Of a DNA stretch of 64,000 nucleotides, positions 22,130 to 34,303 are shown one piece after another. The position numbers and the translations under genes are program-made. The notes under the pieces were generated by a model. It was not told where the DNA came from. It saw nothing but the letters and a program-made list of their open reading frames with translations, and did no database searches. Within the stretch, counting starts at the first letter, position 1, and each line of letters starts with the position of its first letter. The DNA comes from Vicugna vicugna (lineage: Eukaryota): contig MU063896.1 of assembly GCA_013265495.1 (NCBI GenBank), positions 5,158,386-5,222,385 of the forward strand. The letters are read 5' to 3'.

Positions 22130-24404
22130 CTCTTAAAAAAAAAAAAAAGGCAGAACACTCAGCAGTTTGAGCTACCCATTCAAATCCAAATCCAAAAAAT
22201 TCAGTCATTGGCCAGGAGGCTGGCTATTTCACCAGTGAAGATCAGTAGAACAAGAGTTTCTGTGTATGTAACCGTTTATTTGTGTGACACTGTTCTTTAG
22301 GCATTTTGATCAAGTGAATGACTCTGGTTCTCAACTCCATGGGAGAATAAAGCAGAAAAGAAAATTGTTAAAAGAGATCCGGACCAAGGCCCTTGGAACA
22401 AGGGAGAAGGAAGGAGAAAGGTACTCTTGTTGGCATGGCCTTTAAAACTTTATTCCTTGATAGAAACTAATTTGCTAGTAAAAATGTCTGACTTCTATGA
22501 AGAAGTTACTGATACTGTAAAAATCAAGGTAGCTGAGTCATTTGGACTTGAGAAGAAGGCAGCTCAAGAAATACTGGAGGCCGTAAGAGGCGTGGTGAGT
22601 TCCCTCTCTTGACAGATTTTTGTTCCATTATTGCAGACACATCAAGGCTTATGACACTATAAGACTACAGGCTGAGTTGGCATGATCAGCAAAAGCTAAG
22701 CATGCACATGTGTATATAAGGTGCGAGAGCAGAGTACTTAGACGTTTCTCTGTAAATGTAAGTCATAGCCACATCTCCAAGGCATGCAAGTGTTTAACTC
22801 CAATGCAGCGTAAATCTTTAGAAAGTGAAATAAATCCAGTCCCTTCTCATACAAAAGGGGCAGGAAATGGTCACTTTGTCAGGTAGAAATGTCATATTAG
22901 ACATTATATAACCTACATAATTTGTATCAAGGTCATAATCCATGAGGTTACCTAATACTGTGAATTTCTTTTTTGAGGGGGAACTTCAAATCATTTCCAT
23001 GTATAGACTACAGGACACAAGCTCCTTAGGCACAGGCTGGAGAGAACACTATGCATGATGCACAGCAAAGTCAGATACACGGTAAGGAGAGCTAAGGTGC
23101 AGCCTGAGAATAGAGGTTTGATGCTTATAATGTTACCTTGCCAAGGTGGGGACCATTGCAGGGAAAAGAGCATGGCTCCACGGACGGAATAAGAGCTATC
23201 TTGTTACGTAATAGGTGGGAAAGGAAAGCAGGTGAAGAGTGAAGTAAAAAGACAATGGGCCGTGGATTTTTCATGAGAAATCTGTTAAACAGTTAAGAAT
23301 TTAGGAGATATTATCATGTCTTCCAGTGCAGAATCACTGGGAAGACAGTAAAAGAAACATGATTATTAGATTTAGAATCTACTTTTCTCTGTTGTTAAAA
23401 GTAAAAAGATGATCCAGCACACGTTTGTTTAAACAACACCTTCAAATGTTATTTCATAGATAAGGAACACTGGGAAAAGAGAAACTTCATTACAATAGTT
23501 AAGAAAGTCTAAAACCTTAATTACAAAAATGGGTAATTATTCATCTTAATATTATCTATAACATTTAGAAAACTAGTTTTAAATCCTCAAGAAAAATTAG
23601 TTAAATGCATCTGTATGATAGAATATTAATTATTAAAGTATGCAAACTTAGAAATTAAAGATTTCTGTAAAGGAATGGTTACTAAATAAACAGAGCCCTA
23701 GTCCATGAAGTATTCCACCACTAAAACCTCAAAGAAACACACACATACACACCTGTACACATGTGTGCACACACTTGTGTGAACAGCAACAAAGGAAAAC
23801 TGTAAATGAGTGAAAGGAAGAAACTATACAAGAACAACTGGGGAAAATATGGAAAGAAGCACTTCTTTGGAATTCCACGTCTCCTGTTAGACTACTGCCC
23901 AAATGTCTAGTCTCCTCACTAGCTGTGCTCTGGGCTTTCCATTTGGATGTTTCACCATGAACACTATGTATATAGAAATAAGATCATTATCTTTCCTCTA
24001 AGATGGTGACCTTCTAACAAATCTCCTAGTTATATTTCTTCTATAATTTTCTGTTTCTTTATTTTCCTTACTTCTTTCTCTAAGAACATTATGAAGTACT
24101 TCCTCTCAGTCAACGAAATCTGGTAATTTGCTATTTCAATCTTAGGTTAGATCCTATCGCCTCCACCCTTGATTACTGAAATGATCATCTAATTAACACT
24201 AATTAGCATCTGTGCTTCAAATCAATCAATTTTTCTATGTCTCTCTGTGTGTCTCTCTCTCTCCCCACTCCCCTTCTCCCTCCCTGCTTCCTTTGCTCCC
24301 TTCCACTCTCCATTTCTTTCTGTTTCTCTACTGGATTTTTTAAGCTTTCTATGGCCTTCCTAATTTTCTTACAGCTTGATCATTCCACTCTCTTGCTCAA
24401 AATT

Positions 24405-24646
24405 AAAAGATATGTCCATGTCCTAACCCGAAGAGCCTGTGAATGTGACCTTTTCTGGAAAGGGGGTCTTTGCAGATGGAATTAAGTTAAGGATCCAGAA
24501 ATGAGATCATCTTAGATTATCCAGCTGGGCTCTAAATCCATGACAAGTGTCCTTACCAGAGACAAACAGAGAAAGGAGAAGGGGGTGAAAAGACGGAGGC
24601 AGAGAGTGGAGTGAGGCAGCCACCAACAAAGGGACACCTGGAGCCA
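24405..24646 (+). mobile_element. MLT1 (B/C-like) LTR fragment
   Basis: agatatgtccatgtcctaa...cctgtgaatgtgacctt...tttgcagatggaattaagttaaggat...ctaaatccatgacaagtgtcctta. Confidence 0.8.
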
Positions 24647-25684
24647 TGACTAGCCAAGATGGAAAATCCTACCAAAAGTTTAAAGGATCAAATATGGAGA
24701 ATGAGAAATAAATAATGAACATTTTCAGCATAAAATAAAAATATGAATTTGTGGACTGAATGTGTATGTTGAGAATCAAGCAAGGTTTAGCAGAATACAT
24801 TTGAACATACCTAGAAATATGGCAGGAAAGTTACTAAATATCAATGATGATAATAAAATTTGAAAAATAGCCTCAGAAAAATGATAGATTATCCATAAAG
24901 AAGCAACAGTGTTGTCACTGACAAAACAGATGCATGAAAATAGAATTAAACTCTCATGAAAGCTCCCAAATAGTTTTACTTGAAAGATACAGATGCATTG
25001 CATAAAATGTCAACACTTATAACAAACAGGCGTATGGTATAGTCAGCAACAATTGGCCAAAATAGAATCAGACTGTACAGTGCTGAGCACCATGGGGTTA
25101 CATGCATAAGTGACTGTGTATGTGTGTGTGTGAACATCTGCACGTGTATGTCTATATACCTGTATACACAGATAAGCACACAGACACATACATCCACCCC
25201 TGATCATAACACGCTAACTTCCTCTAGGAATTTACACTCTAGGTAAGGAGACAAAACTAACACATGCAAAGCAATAAACAATTGCGGCTGAGCGTTACTA
25301 ACTGCATCGGCATCAACAGAAGCTCAGAAGTGGGCAAGATCAGTAGTATGACCTGGGGGAAAAAGAAAAGGTGTGTATATGCTGGGCCTCAAAATCTCAG
25401 CCCGGATGAGGATAAAGAGGGTGAATTCGGAGTAGGGAAGAAATGGGCAAGGAATGTGGTACTGAAACCAGAGCATCCGGATTCCATCAAAAGATGTATA
25501 TTGAAATTAGTGGGAAACAAAGCTGAATAATTAGTTTTCAAGCAGATGGTGGCAAATGTTTGGAATCAAAAAAAAAAAAGTACCAAGTACTGACCTCATG
25601 TAATACAGTAATAAACAAAGTAAAACCCATTTTAACATACAACTTATACATAATTGGTAACATATCATGGATACTCTAATTTAC

Positions 25685-25822
25685 CTTTGATGTCCCTTTA
25701 GTAGAAAAATATAAACCAGATCTTCTTAAAAGGAAGTAAATCTTTTTCCAGGACTTCTTTCCCTGTTCTTTTGCATGTAAGAAGCCATGGATTTCAGGAT
25801 ATGTGCTTGAACTCAGAAACAT
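25685..25822 (-). CDS. GRB14: GRB14 exon 6 (138 nt), PH domain start: [46 protein letters not shown]
   Basis: Acceptor tcttccag|ATG, donor AAG|gtaaat, phase 0-0. Confidence 0.97.
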
Positions 25823-26300
25823 CTGGAAGAAAAATTAGACACTCTCATACAGTTTCTGAATCAATGATACTATAGCCTGATATTTCAAATAGAAATGTGC
25901 GAAATCAAACAGCACTGATACCACTTATATACCGTTACAGAAATGACAATGTGTATACAAAATAAACCAGTCTTGTGAGAACCTGAGGCAAGTTCCAAAT
26001 GAAGATATGCTCACAAGATGCACATTCTAAGTGATCAGTACTTAGTCAAACACCAAAATTATAAGCTACTTGAATGTCCATTTGAAACGCTGAACTTCCT
26101 CTAAGTTAAGTCCTGATACTTTTCATCCCTTTCTATGATTTTCTTTGAGATTACAGATTGACCTATCAGTTTCAACTTCATAAAGATAGAAGACCAGGAT
26201 CCTGACTTCCATTATTCAGTTATTAAAATACTAAGCCAAGTTCACCTCCTTGATGAAAGTAAAGTAAACCATCTCCTCTCTATCCTCTGTAGTTCTCAGG

Positions 26301-26909
26301 TGTGGGTGGGTAGAGTGGGCTGTATTTTACAAAGAGAACTGCAACAATATCTTTCACTACACATGTTCTTCTGCAAATGTGATGCTGCCACTGAACCAAG
26401 AGGTGAAGCTTCTCCACCCCCCTGAAGCTAGGCAAGGCTTGTGACTGGCGGGAGGGACATGCTGCCCATTCTTCCTGCAGTCCCTTAACTAATCTGATGG
26501 CTTCTGCTCCTTAATTCTTGGAAGCTACCTGTCATACAAGGAACTCGACTACTCCAGGATGCCTATGTGGTAAGAAGCACAATGCAACTGGAAAAGCCCT
26601 GGAGGGGAGACACCATGTGGGAAGAGAGATGGGGAGACAGAGCTGGGGAGGAGAGAGGAAGAGAGGGAGAGGGGGAGAGGGAGAGAGAGAGAGACGGAGA
26701 GAGACACCAAGGAGTTACCAGGTACACGGAGTGAAAGCCATCTTAGAAAAAGGGGATTGACAACCTCTTTGGGAGTCAATCTGCCTCCGAGTCCCACCCA
26801 GTAAACCCTTCCCAAATCCTAATCAACAAAACTGTTGACAAAACGTGAGTGGGTACTTAAGCCAGTAAGGTTTGGAATAGTTTGTTACTCAGTGATAATT
26901 AACTGAGAC
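26301..26909 (+). mobile_element. MLT1 (G/H-like) LTR with internal polypurine tract
   Basis: ctgtatttt.caaag...gcaacaatatct...catgttcttctgca..tgtga start and taagcca..aaggtttgga.tagtttgttac.cag.gata...aactgagac end. Confidence 0.75.
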
Positions 26910-28583
26910 CATGGGCATTTGTTAGTCGGGAAATCAAGAATGAAAAAGAATAGCTCTCTCTGAATGATCGTGATCAGCATCCTTAATAAGATGGTGGAAA
27001 TGCATTAGTGTCTCATTAAAAGAAGAAAACAGAAATCCCTATGAATAAACAAATGCAAAATGGGAAAAACGGAAACTAAGTGAAAGCATTAGCTAAAACA
27101 ACGTAACGTATTTTAAAAGCTACTCGGGGAAATGCTGATAGTAGATAACTATGTTTTTTAAGTAAATTAATAAAAATTTTTAATTTAATGAGCCATAGAT
27201 ATTAATTAATTGACATGTAAAACAGGCAAGTAGGTTTTTTAGTTTGAGTGCTTTCCAAGTTATTAAACCAAACCAATTAAATTTTAAAAAGGGAGTCATA
27301 GAGGTCAACTAGGAAAAGAAGAAACATTTTAAAAAGTAGAAACATTGCCTCAGTGGAGAGAAGAGGTCAGGGGCACATGCAGGACTATCTGATTCCAAAG
27401 CTATGATTTTTCTTGCTTTTATAATTTAACATTAAAGTAATATAACTATATCACAGGAGAATTTGGGAAAGGAGGCAGGAGAAAAACTGCAATCCACTGC
27501 CCTGTCACAATCCAATGCAAAGTATCAAGAGACCTGAGAGCGGGGGATCCTGGGGCACTGCTGCTGCTGCCATTCACCCCATCACCCCCACAGGGTGTCA
27601 GTGAAAACCCAGGAGAATACAAGCAGCTTTCAGAAAAATCTCAAGACTAATCATATTTCTAAATATTTTGAAGCACAAAAATGAAATATAATCTGTTAAA
27701 AATTAAAAGTCCATAGAAAACAAATCTGTGACACCCAATACATTTAACTGCCAATATATTTAAAGTAATATCTGTATTGGAACAATTAAAAGTTGTCTTC
27801 ATTAAAGATCAGAGAATACTGAATGGGTTGGGGGTGCCTAGGGCTTAGATCAAAGAGCAACCATTGTACAGACATTGCTCACCATTAACCTGTTAACTGT
27901 AGAGCTTCTGATGTGAAAGCTACTAATCTATCAAAAATAAAGTAACTGAAATCATTCTTTCATTGTAATAAAAATGTCTTGGAAAATGATCACCTACAGC
28001 CACTGTCAGTTTGGAAAAAATGATACAAAACTAAGGAAACTTTTAATAAAATAACTACTATTTTTTTATAACTAGTATTTTTAATTCAGCTAAGATATTT
28101 CATATTTCAATCAAGTATTTCTGTCATAGATAATATTTCATTTAATTGCTAAATATTTTACCACAAGTAGGATTGAGGGCATTTATTATAAAAATAAATA
28201 ATTAATATCTGCCAGTAAAACATCTACAATTTCCTGGAAATTTTGATTTTCAAAGACTAATATAACCTTTAAAGACATCACAGAGCAAAACTCTGCAATT
28301 TTCCTTTCATGATACACATTTTTTTACATGCTTAAAATCCTTTGATAATTGGCCAAAACTGAGAAGAATAATATAGTTAGGGGTCTTTATGGATTTAGGG
28401 AATTCTTCATCCAGATTTTGTTCTTTCCTTTTCTTCCTTACTCTTTTCTTTTTAATTTTACCTCCAGCAAAAATTAATCATTCAAGGCATAACATTCCAA
28501 AATCTGGACATGAATTAAATATGGACCTTAAAGTTTCCCTTTATTATTTATTACTCACATATTTTAATGAAAATATATTTTAC

Positions 28584-28658
28584 CTGCAAAATCTGTGTGG
28601 GGGATATTTCACCATTGATTTCAGTTGCAAAAGACACCATATGCTCTGGAAAAAAATA
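28584..28658 (-). CDS. GRB14: GRB14 exon 5 (75 nt): YFFPEHMVSFATEINGEISPTQILQ
   Basis: Acceptor tcttttcgtcag|TAT, donor CAG|gtaaaa, phase 0-0. Confidence 0.97.
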
Positions 28659-28744
28659 CTGACGAAAAGATACATGTTACATTATCCCAAAAGCCATGCC
28701 AGAAAAGCTTGAACTCTGTATGACCAACACAGTGAACTAAAGCA

Positions 28745-29305
28745 AAGCTCTTTAAATCAGTGTGATGAAAATTCACCTGAAGCGCTTAGAAAAATGCCAG
28801 TCCCTGATTCTACCCACAGGTATCTTAATAAAAAGGTAGGAGCAGGGCCCAAAGGTTAGCCAAACACCCTCAGATGGTGTTGAGACACAGAGATCCACGT
28901 ACCTCCAGTCACAACACTGCCCTCAGGCTGACCGCGTGCTAGCTCCTGTATCTCTTCGCTGAGTCCTGCAACCACTCCAGCAGGTGCTGAGACTCTCAGC
29001 TCCATTTTATAAAGTTAAGGCTCACAGAAGATATATATCCAAGGTCACAGCTCACAGTGTACAGGAGCCAGGACTTAGAGGGCTAGGGAGCTAAAAGGAC
29101 AGTTTTTTCCACCTAATCTTTCTCCAAACCTGTTTAATCATAAAATTCACCCAAGAAAGCTGTTTAAATTAGGAATTCTCAGATCTCATTCCTGGAGTGT
29201 TTGATTCAGTAGGTCTGGGTAGGACCTGGATCCTTTGTTTATAACAAGCACTATTCCCTCTCCCCAGGGAATTTTTATGATCAGACAAGTTTGGGAAAAT
29301 AGAGT
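28745..29305. mobile_element. Two MER5-family fragments flanking a MIR fragment
   Basis: MER5-like blocks at about 28745-28900 and 29115-29305 (tgattcagtaggtctggg...ttttataacaagca), with MIR-like ctccattttat...gaggctcagaga...aaggtcacagct at about 28995-29085. Confidence 0.55.
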
Positions 29306-29325
29306 CCTCTTTACTTCCTCTAGGA

Positions 29326-29518
29326 CAGGGTTTTTGAATAGTATTTCTATTAACATATGGTCTAATAACACCGTGTTGTGGGGGGCTGTCCCGTACACCA
29401 TAGGATGTTTATGGCATTCCAAGCCTCTACCCACTAGCAGCCCTCCCCAGCCCCACAGTATGACAACCAAAAATGTCTCCAGACATCATCAAATCAGCCC
29501 CCCAGTTGAGACTCACTG
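29326..29518 (-). mobile_element. MER20 hAT-Charlie MITE
   Basis: tgttgtgggggctgtcc.gtaca..ataggatgttta.ggcatt...cctctacccacta...tgacaaccaaaaatgtctccagacat is the reverse of the MER20 core. Confidence 0.85.
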
Positions 29519-30537
29519 CTCTTGGTCGACAAAATCAATCTACAGCCTTGTTTAAATTAAAAAAAAAAAAGATACAACCAAAAATGAGCACTAAACCATA
29601 CATCTTTAACTATAACTTTTAAATTCCTGCTTTTAGTAAAGCTTCACAACAAGAAAACAGTTAAGCAGTTTCCTTTCAAAAAAATTCTATTTAACTTTTA
29701 TTAGGACTCAAATTCTTTGTCAAAGATCATTCCATTATTTTTCTATTAATAGGTTCAAATAAAAGAGAATATTAGAGGTCTTTCAGGGTTTGAAAATATT
29801 TTATTATAGTGTATATCATATATTTTTCATAAAGTACCATTTCAACCTAATTATCCAAAACTTAGTGTAAAAATATGCTACAGCTGCAGAGACAAAAACA
29901 ATTTAAAATAATGAGCCCAGAGGCTATTTTGACTCCTCTAGATTGCTAGTCTCCATTAGAATGTGACATACATTTATTTTCTTTTAAAAAGAGCTATAAT
30001 GAAAGTAGTATTTACTAGATAATGCATTGGTCTTTATCTCATTTATACTTAGCTCAGTAATTATTGCAATGAAAACAAAATAACTTGAAACAGCAAGATG
30101 CATGTCAATCTTAAATTCCTGGCTAAGTTTTAATACTCCCAACAAACATCAATCTGTTTTTCCTTTAGAAAATTTCTTATTTAATTTTCTAAATTCTGTG
30201 AAAAGAGTTAAACCATAATATTTGGAACTTGCATGGGGATATCTAATAACTTATTCACCAAATCAAATGTAGAGTAGGTTTTTTATTTTTCTTAAAAAGC
30301 AAGAAAAAGAAGCAATAGTTCCCCCCAAAACACATATCTGAACTTCTGTGGTGATGTCAACTAATCATTGTTAGAGTAAGAAGAAATGTGATTATAATTT
30401 AAAAGACCAGAATTCTTACCTACTAATTTATCAAACAGGGAATTGTATCTTATTTATAGTGACCTTTGTCTTCATGTAAAGTAAAATAAAATTTAACTCA
30501 TTTATTTTACAAAACTATTAATGGGGATTTAACTTAC

Positions 30538-30659
30538 CATTGGGTTTTTAAAGAATTCATATTTGGCGTAATTTTTTCTAAAGTATAGCTTATTTTCTTC
30601 TTCCATCCCCCAGTTAGATAGCACTTCAATCACCAGCTCGTGGTCTTCTATTGTTCTTT
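30538..30659 (-). CDS. GRB14: GRB14 exon 4 (122 nt), RA domain: (E)[40 protein letters not shown]
   Basis: Acceptor ttctttacag|AAAGA, donor ATG|gtaagt, phase 1 to 0. Visible inside ORF 30529..30774. Confidence 0.97.
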
Positions 30660-30695
30660 CTGTAAAGAATGTTTCAGTGAGCATGTCATCAGGTA

Positions 30696-30800
30696 GATGG
30701 ATGGATGGATGGATGCATAGAAAAATAGAAAGATAGGTAGACAAAGATCTATATGGACATATATATCCATACAAATATACAAAATATGTATATATCTTTA
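30696..30800. repeat. (GGAT)n microsatellite decaying into GATA/AT-rich low-complexity sequence, just upstream of the exon 4 acceptor
   Basis: gatggatggatggatggatg followed by tagaaagataggtaga and tatatat stretches. Confidence 0.7.
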
Positions 30801-31389
30801 TTAAATATAGTGAAATTTCAACTCAATTCTGAAATAGCCAGATTGATGAAATTTTCATCAATTTTCAATTAGTAATGTTGATTTTTATACCAAAGCAGGC
30901 TGTAACCCAAAGAGAAAAACGACATAAAATATCACAGTGTCCTTTTTACTAATTCTCAATCTCCTTTTATTGCTAAGTAAATTATAAGTTTGATATCAAA
31001 TCTGCATTAAGAATATTGGAGCTATTTTTCTCCAACTCATCATGGTGCCAAAATTAAAATGTTTGCCTCAAGGTTGGACAGTTCACCCCATTAAGAGACG
31101 AAGAATTTTGACAGGTTCAATAATTATTTAAGACACAGCCTCGACAGTTGAGGAAAATTAAATACTTTAAAAAGAAAATTTTAATGCAAGTACGTACAAT
31201 TTTTTTAAGAAACCTAATTTCTTGTGGCACCTTATACTTTCAAAACTAATGTTCAGGCAAATATAGTTTGTATTAACAATGAAGATAATTAGGTAGGGTG
31301 GGAAGGCACTTAGGAGGAAGGCACTTAAATGAAAAAAGCAACGACAACTTTAAAGAGGTAAACATAACATGCAAAATTCCTATTTTAAC

Positions 31390-31835
31390 AAGAAACTGTG
31401 ATGTCCACAGCAGTACTCTTCATAATAGCCCCAAACTGGAAATTACCCAAATGCCTATCAACATGAAAATGAATAAATATACTTTGTAAAGGACACAATG
31501 GAATATATACTACAATACACAACTGCATAGATGAATTCCACAAACATAATATTAAATGAAAGAAGTCAGACACAAAGAGTATATACTATGTGATTCCACT
31601 TATGTAAGTTCAACATAGATACAATGAATCTATGGTGTTAGAAATCAAAATAATGAGGATAGTGGATGAGTGAGCAGGGGCATGAGGGAACCACCAGGTG
31701 TGGGAAATATTCTGTTTCTTAATTTGGGTGTTGGATCCTCAGGTATATACAGTATCTGAGAATTCATCAAGTTGTCCACATTTGCTTTGTTCATTTATGT
31801 TAAGGTATGTTGTTCTTCAATAGATGGTTAAAGAA
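31390..31835 (+). mobile_element. L1ME-like 3' fragment
   Basis: cagcagtactcttcataatagccccaaactggaaa..acccaaatgcc...aaatgaaagaagtcagacacaaagagta.atact.tgtgattcca. Confidence 0.75.
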
Positions 31836-32350
31836 AAGTAACTGTGAAATTACTGATATAAAATAGGAAATGGAGAAAAGCCAAATAAGAAATATAGAAA
31901 TCCTCTTCCTTTTTTAGGTGCTTCTAGGACCTTTTTGAAAAGTATCTGTGTCTCAGAAATTCAACACTCAGGAGTAATCTGTGACCTACAACACCCAAAC
32001 CCTTGAAAGTAATGTCATACTTAAATAGAAGCTTATTCATCTGAAAGGAAGTTCTTGAAAGAGTGCTCAATGAATATGGATGAGTTTGAGCTAAGTGTGC
32101 ATCAACACTCAGGGTTCTGTTCCTAACTCCGACTGCTCTTTTTCTGTCTGACTAGCTCCCATAGCCCCTCTCCCTCCTAAGATGCAGTCCTTGGCTCAAC
32201 TCTTTTCTTTCCTTTTCTCCCAACTAATTCACTCTCCCGTCTTCAGCTATCATGTCTGTCTTCACTTCACTGAAGTGAAATCCCCAGCTACAGTTGCTTT
32301 CACTCACACTCCAGTCCTGACTGCTAGACTTTCCACCCCTTCAAACAGTC

Positions 32351-32525
32351 NNNNNNNNNNNNNNNNNNNNNNNNNNNNNNNNNNNNNNNNNNNNNNNNNN
32401 NNNNNNNNNNNNNNNNNNNNNNNNNNNNNNNNNNNNNNNNNNNNNNNNNNNNNNNNNNNNNNNNNNNNNNNNNNNNNNNNNNNNNNNNNNNNNNNNNNNN
32501 NNNNNNNNNNNNNNNNNNNNNNNNN
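32351..32525. other. N gap (175 nt), intronic
   Basis: Run of N at an L2/L1 junction. Confidence 0.99.
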
Positions 32526-32960
32526 GCAAGTTAATTAGAAAACAAAATGTAGAAGAGATATACAATGGAATATTTAGCCTTAAAAAGGAATGAAATTCTG
32601 ACACGTTACAACATGGATGAACCTTAAAATTATTATACTGTCTTATGCTGTAATACAGTTATACAAAAGAACAGATATGATATGATTCCAATTTCATGAG
32701 GTACCTAGAATAGACAAATTCATAGAGACATTAAGTAGAATGGTGGTTGCCAAGGACCAGGGTGGGAGGTGGGAATGAAGAGTTAATTGTTTAACGGGTT
32801 CAGAGTTTCAGTATGGGAGGATAAAAATGTTCCAGAGATGGATGGGAGTGATGGATGCACAACAATATGAATATGCATAACGCCAGTGAATGTACCCTTA
32901 TAAATGGGTAAAATGATCCATTTTATGTTTTATGCATTTTACCAAAATTTTTCCAAAAGA
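32526..32960 (+). mobile_element. L1MA/MB-like 3' end inserted into an L2; 5' junction hidden in gap 32351-32525
   Basis: aaaaggaatgaaattctgaca..ttacaacatggatgaacctt...gaggtacctagaatag.caaattcatagagac...gatgcacaacaat.tgaat. Confidence 0.8.
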
Positions 32961-33910
32961 TGTAAAAATGAAACAAAGTATCTTCCCTTTTCCTCCTGAA
33001 ACTGCTCTTTCCTGAATTCTCCTATGCCCATTACACCTTTCTCTATGTCCACTCCAATACCTCCACTGCTCTTACCCCAGGTATTTAAGACGCTTCCTCC
33101 GAGCGTCTCTCACACAACCAACAGCCCCTGACTCATTCCTGCTATCACCATTCCAATCTGGACCATTGCTTTTTCTTAACTAATCTCCAAACCTCTGTGT
33201 TCTCATTCTTCCCATCCAATCTGGACACTGATACCACAGGAAACCTCTTAAAACATTTGTATCAATGTGACCCCTGCTCAAACACTTGTTCACTTCCTAC
33301 TTGTTATAAGATAAATCCATATTGTCTGGCAGTTGTAACTTATTCGTTCACCTATTTGCTCAACAAATACTTATCGAAGGCCTACTATATGTCAGACATT
33401 CATTTTGGGGCTTGGAATTTAGTAACAGACAATCAGAAACCATTGCCTCATGGAGCTTCCTTTCTGATGGGAAGACATGGACAATAAATAAAATGCACAT
33501 CTTAAAAGGTGGCACTAAACATTACAGGGGAAAATGGAGCAGGGAAAAGGGAGAGAGGAGGGCATAGGGTAAAGGAATCCATTTTCTATAGCTTGCCAGG
33601 GAAGGCCTTGTTGAGATTGTAATGTTTGAACAAAAACCTGAAGGAGAAGGCATGAGCCAAGCAGATAACTAGAGGAAGAACAAGAGAACCCTTGAGGCAA
33701 GAGCAAGTCTGGTATGTCTGAAGAAGGGCACGGGGGCCAACGTGGCTGAAGCTGAGTGAGCAAAGGGGAGGAGAGTACCAGGACGGGAAGTTACGGAAGT
33801 GAAGGTGATGAGCTGGGGCACCTGGATAAAGCCCTGCAGTTCAGAACAAGGATCTGGCTTTTCCTCTGAGTTAGATGATAAGTCATTCTGAACAGAGGAA
33901 TAACATGAGC

Positions 33911-34303
33911 AAAGCATTTGCAGATGTCATTAACTTAAAGGTACTGAGATAAGGAGATTGCCCAGGATTACATTGGTGGGCCCTAAATCCAAACACAAGT
34001 ATCCTTTCAGGAGAGAGACAGGAGATCTGACAGAGATAGAAGAGGAAGGGGCAATGTGAGCACAGAGGCAGACACTCAAATGATGTGACCGCAAGCCAAG
34101 GAATGGTGGCAGCCACCAGAAGCTGGAAGAGTCAAGGAATGGACTCCCCATAAGGCCCCTGGAAGGAGCGTGGCCCTGCCAACACCGTGATTTCTGCCCA
34201 GTCAAATTAACTTTGGACTTCTTGCCTCCAGAACTGTTAAAGATTACATTTCTATTGTTTTAAGCCACTAGTGATTTGTTAGAGCAGCCTTAGGAAACTA
34301 AGA
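33911..34303 (+). mobile_element. MLT1C-like LTR
   Basis: tttgcagatgt.attaa...gggccctaaatccaa..acaagt.tcctt...gcaagccaaggaatg...gccaccagaagctggaagag.caaggaa...gcagcc.taggaaactaa. Confidence 0.88.

Larger units (their letters stand above)
32170..33900. mobile_element. L2 fragments: plus-strand (about 32170-32350 and 32965-33330) and minus-strand (about 33335-33900)
   Basis: Pyrimidine-rich L2 motifs (ctagactttccacc, aatctggacactg..accacag), then ctcaacaaatactta..gaaggcctactatatgtcagac, an antisense L2 3' end. Confidence 0.65.

Noticed and set aside
32965-33900. Tail-to-tail L2 fragments as a dsRNA/editing substrate
   Set aside because: The copies are too diverged and cover mostly different parts of the element, with no long complementary stem visible.
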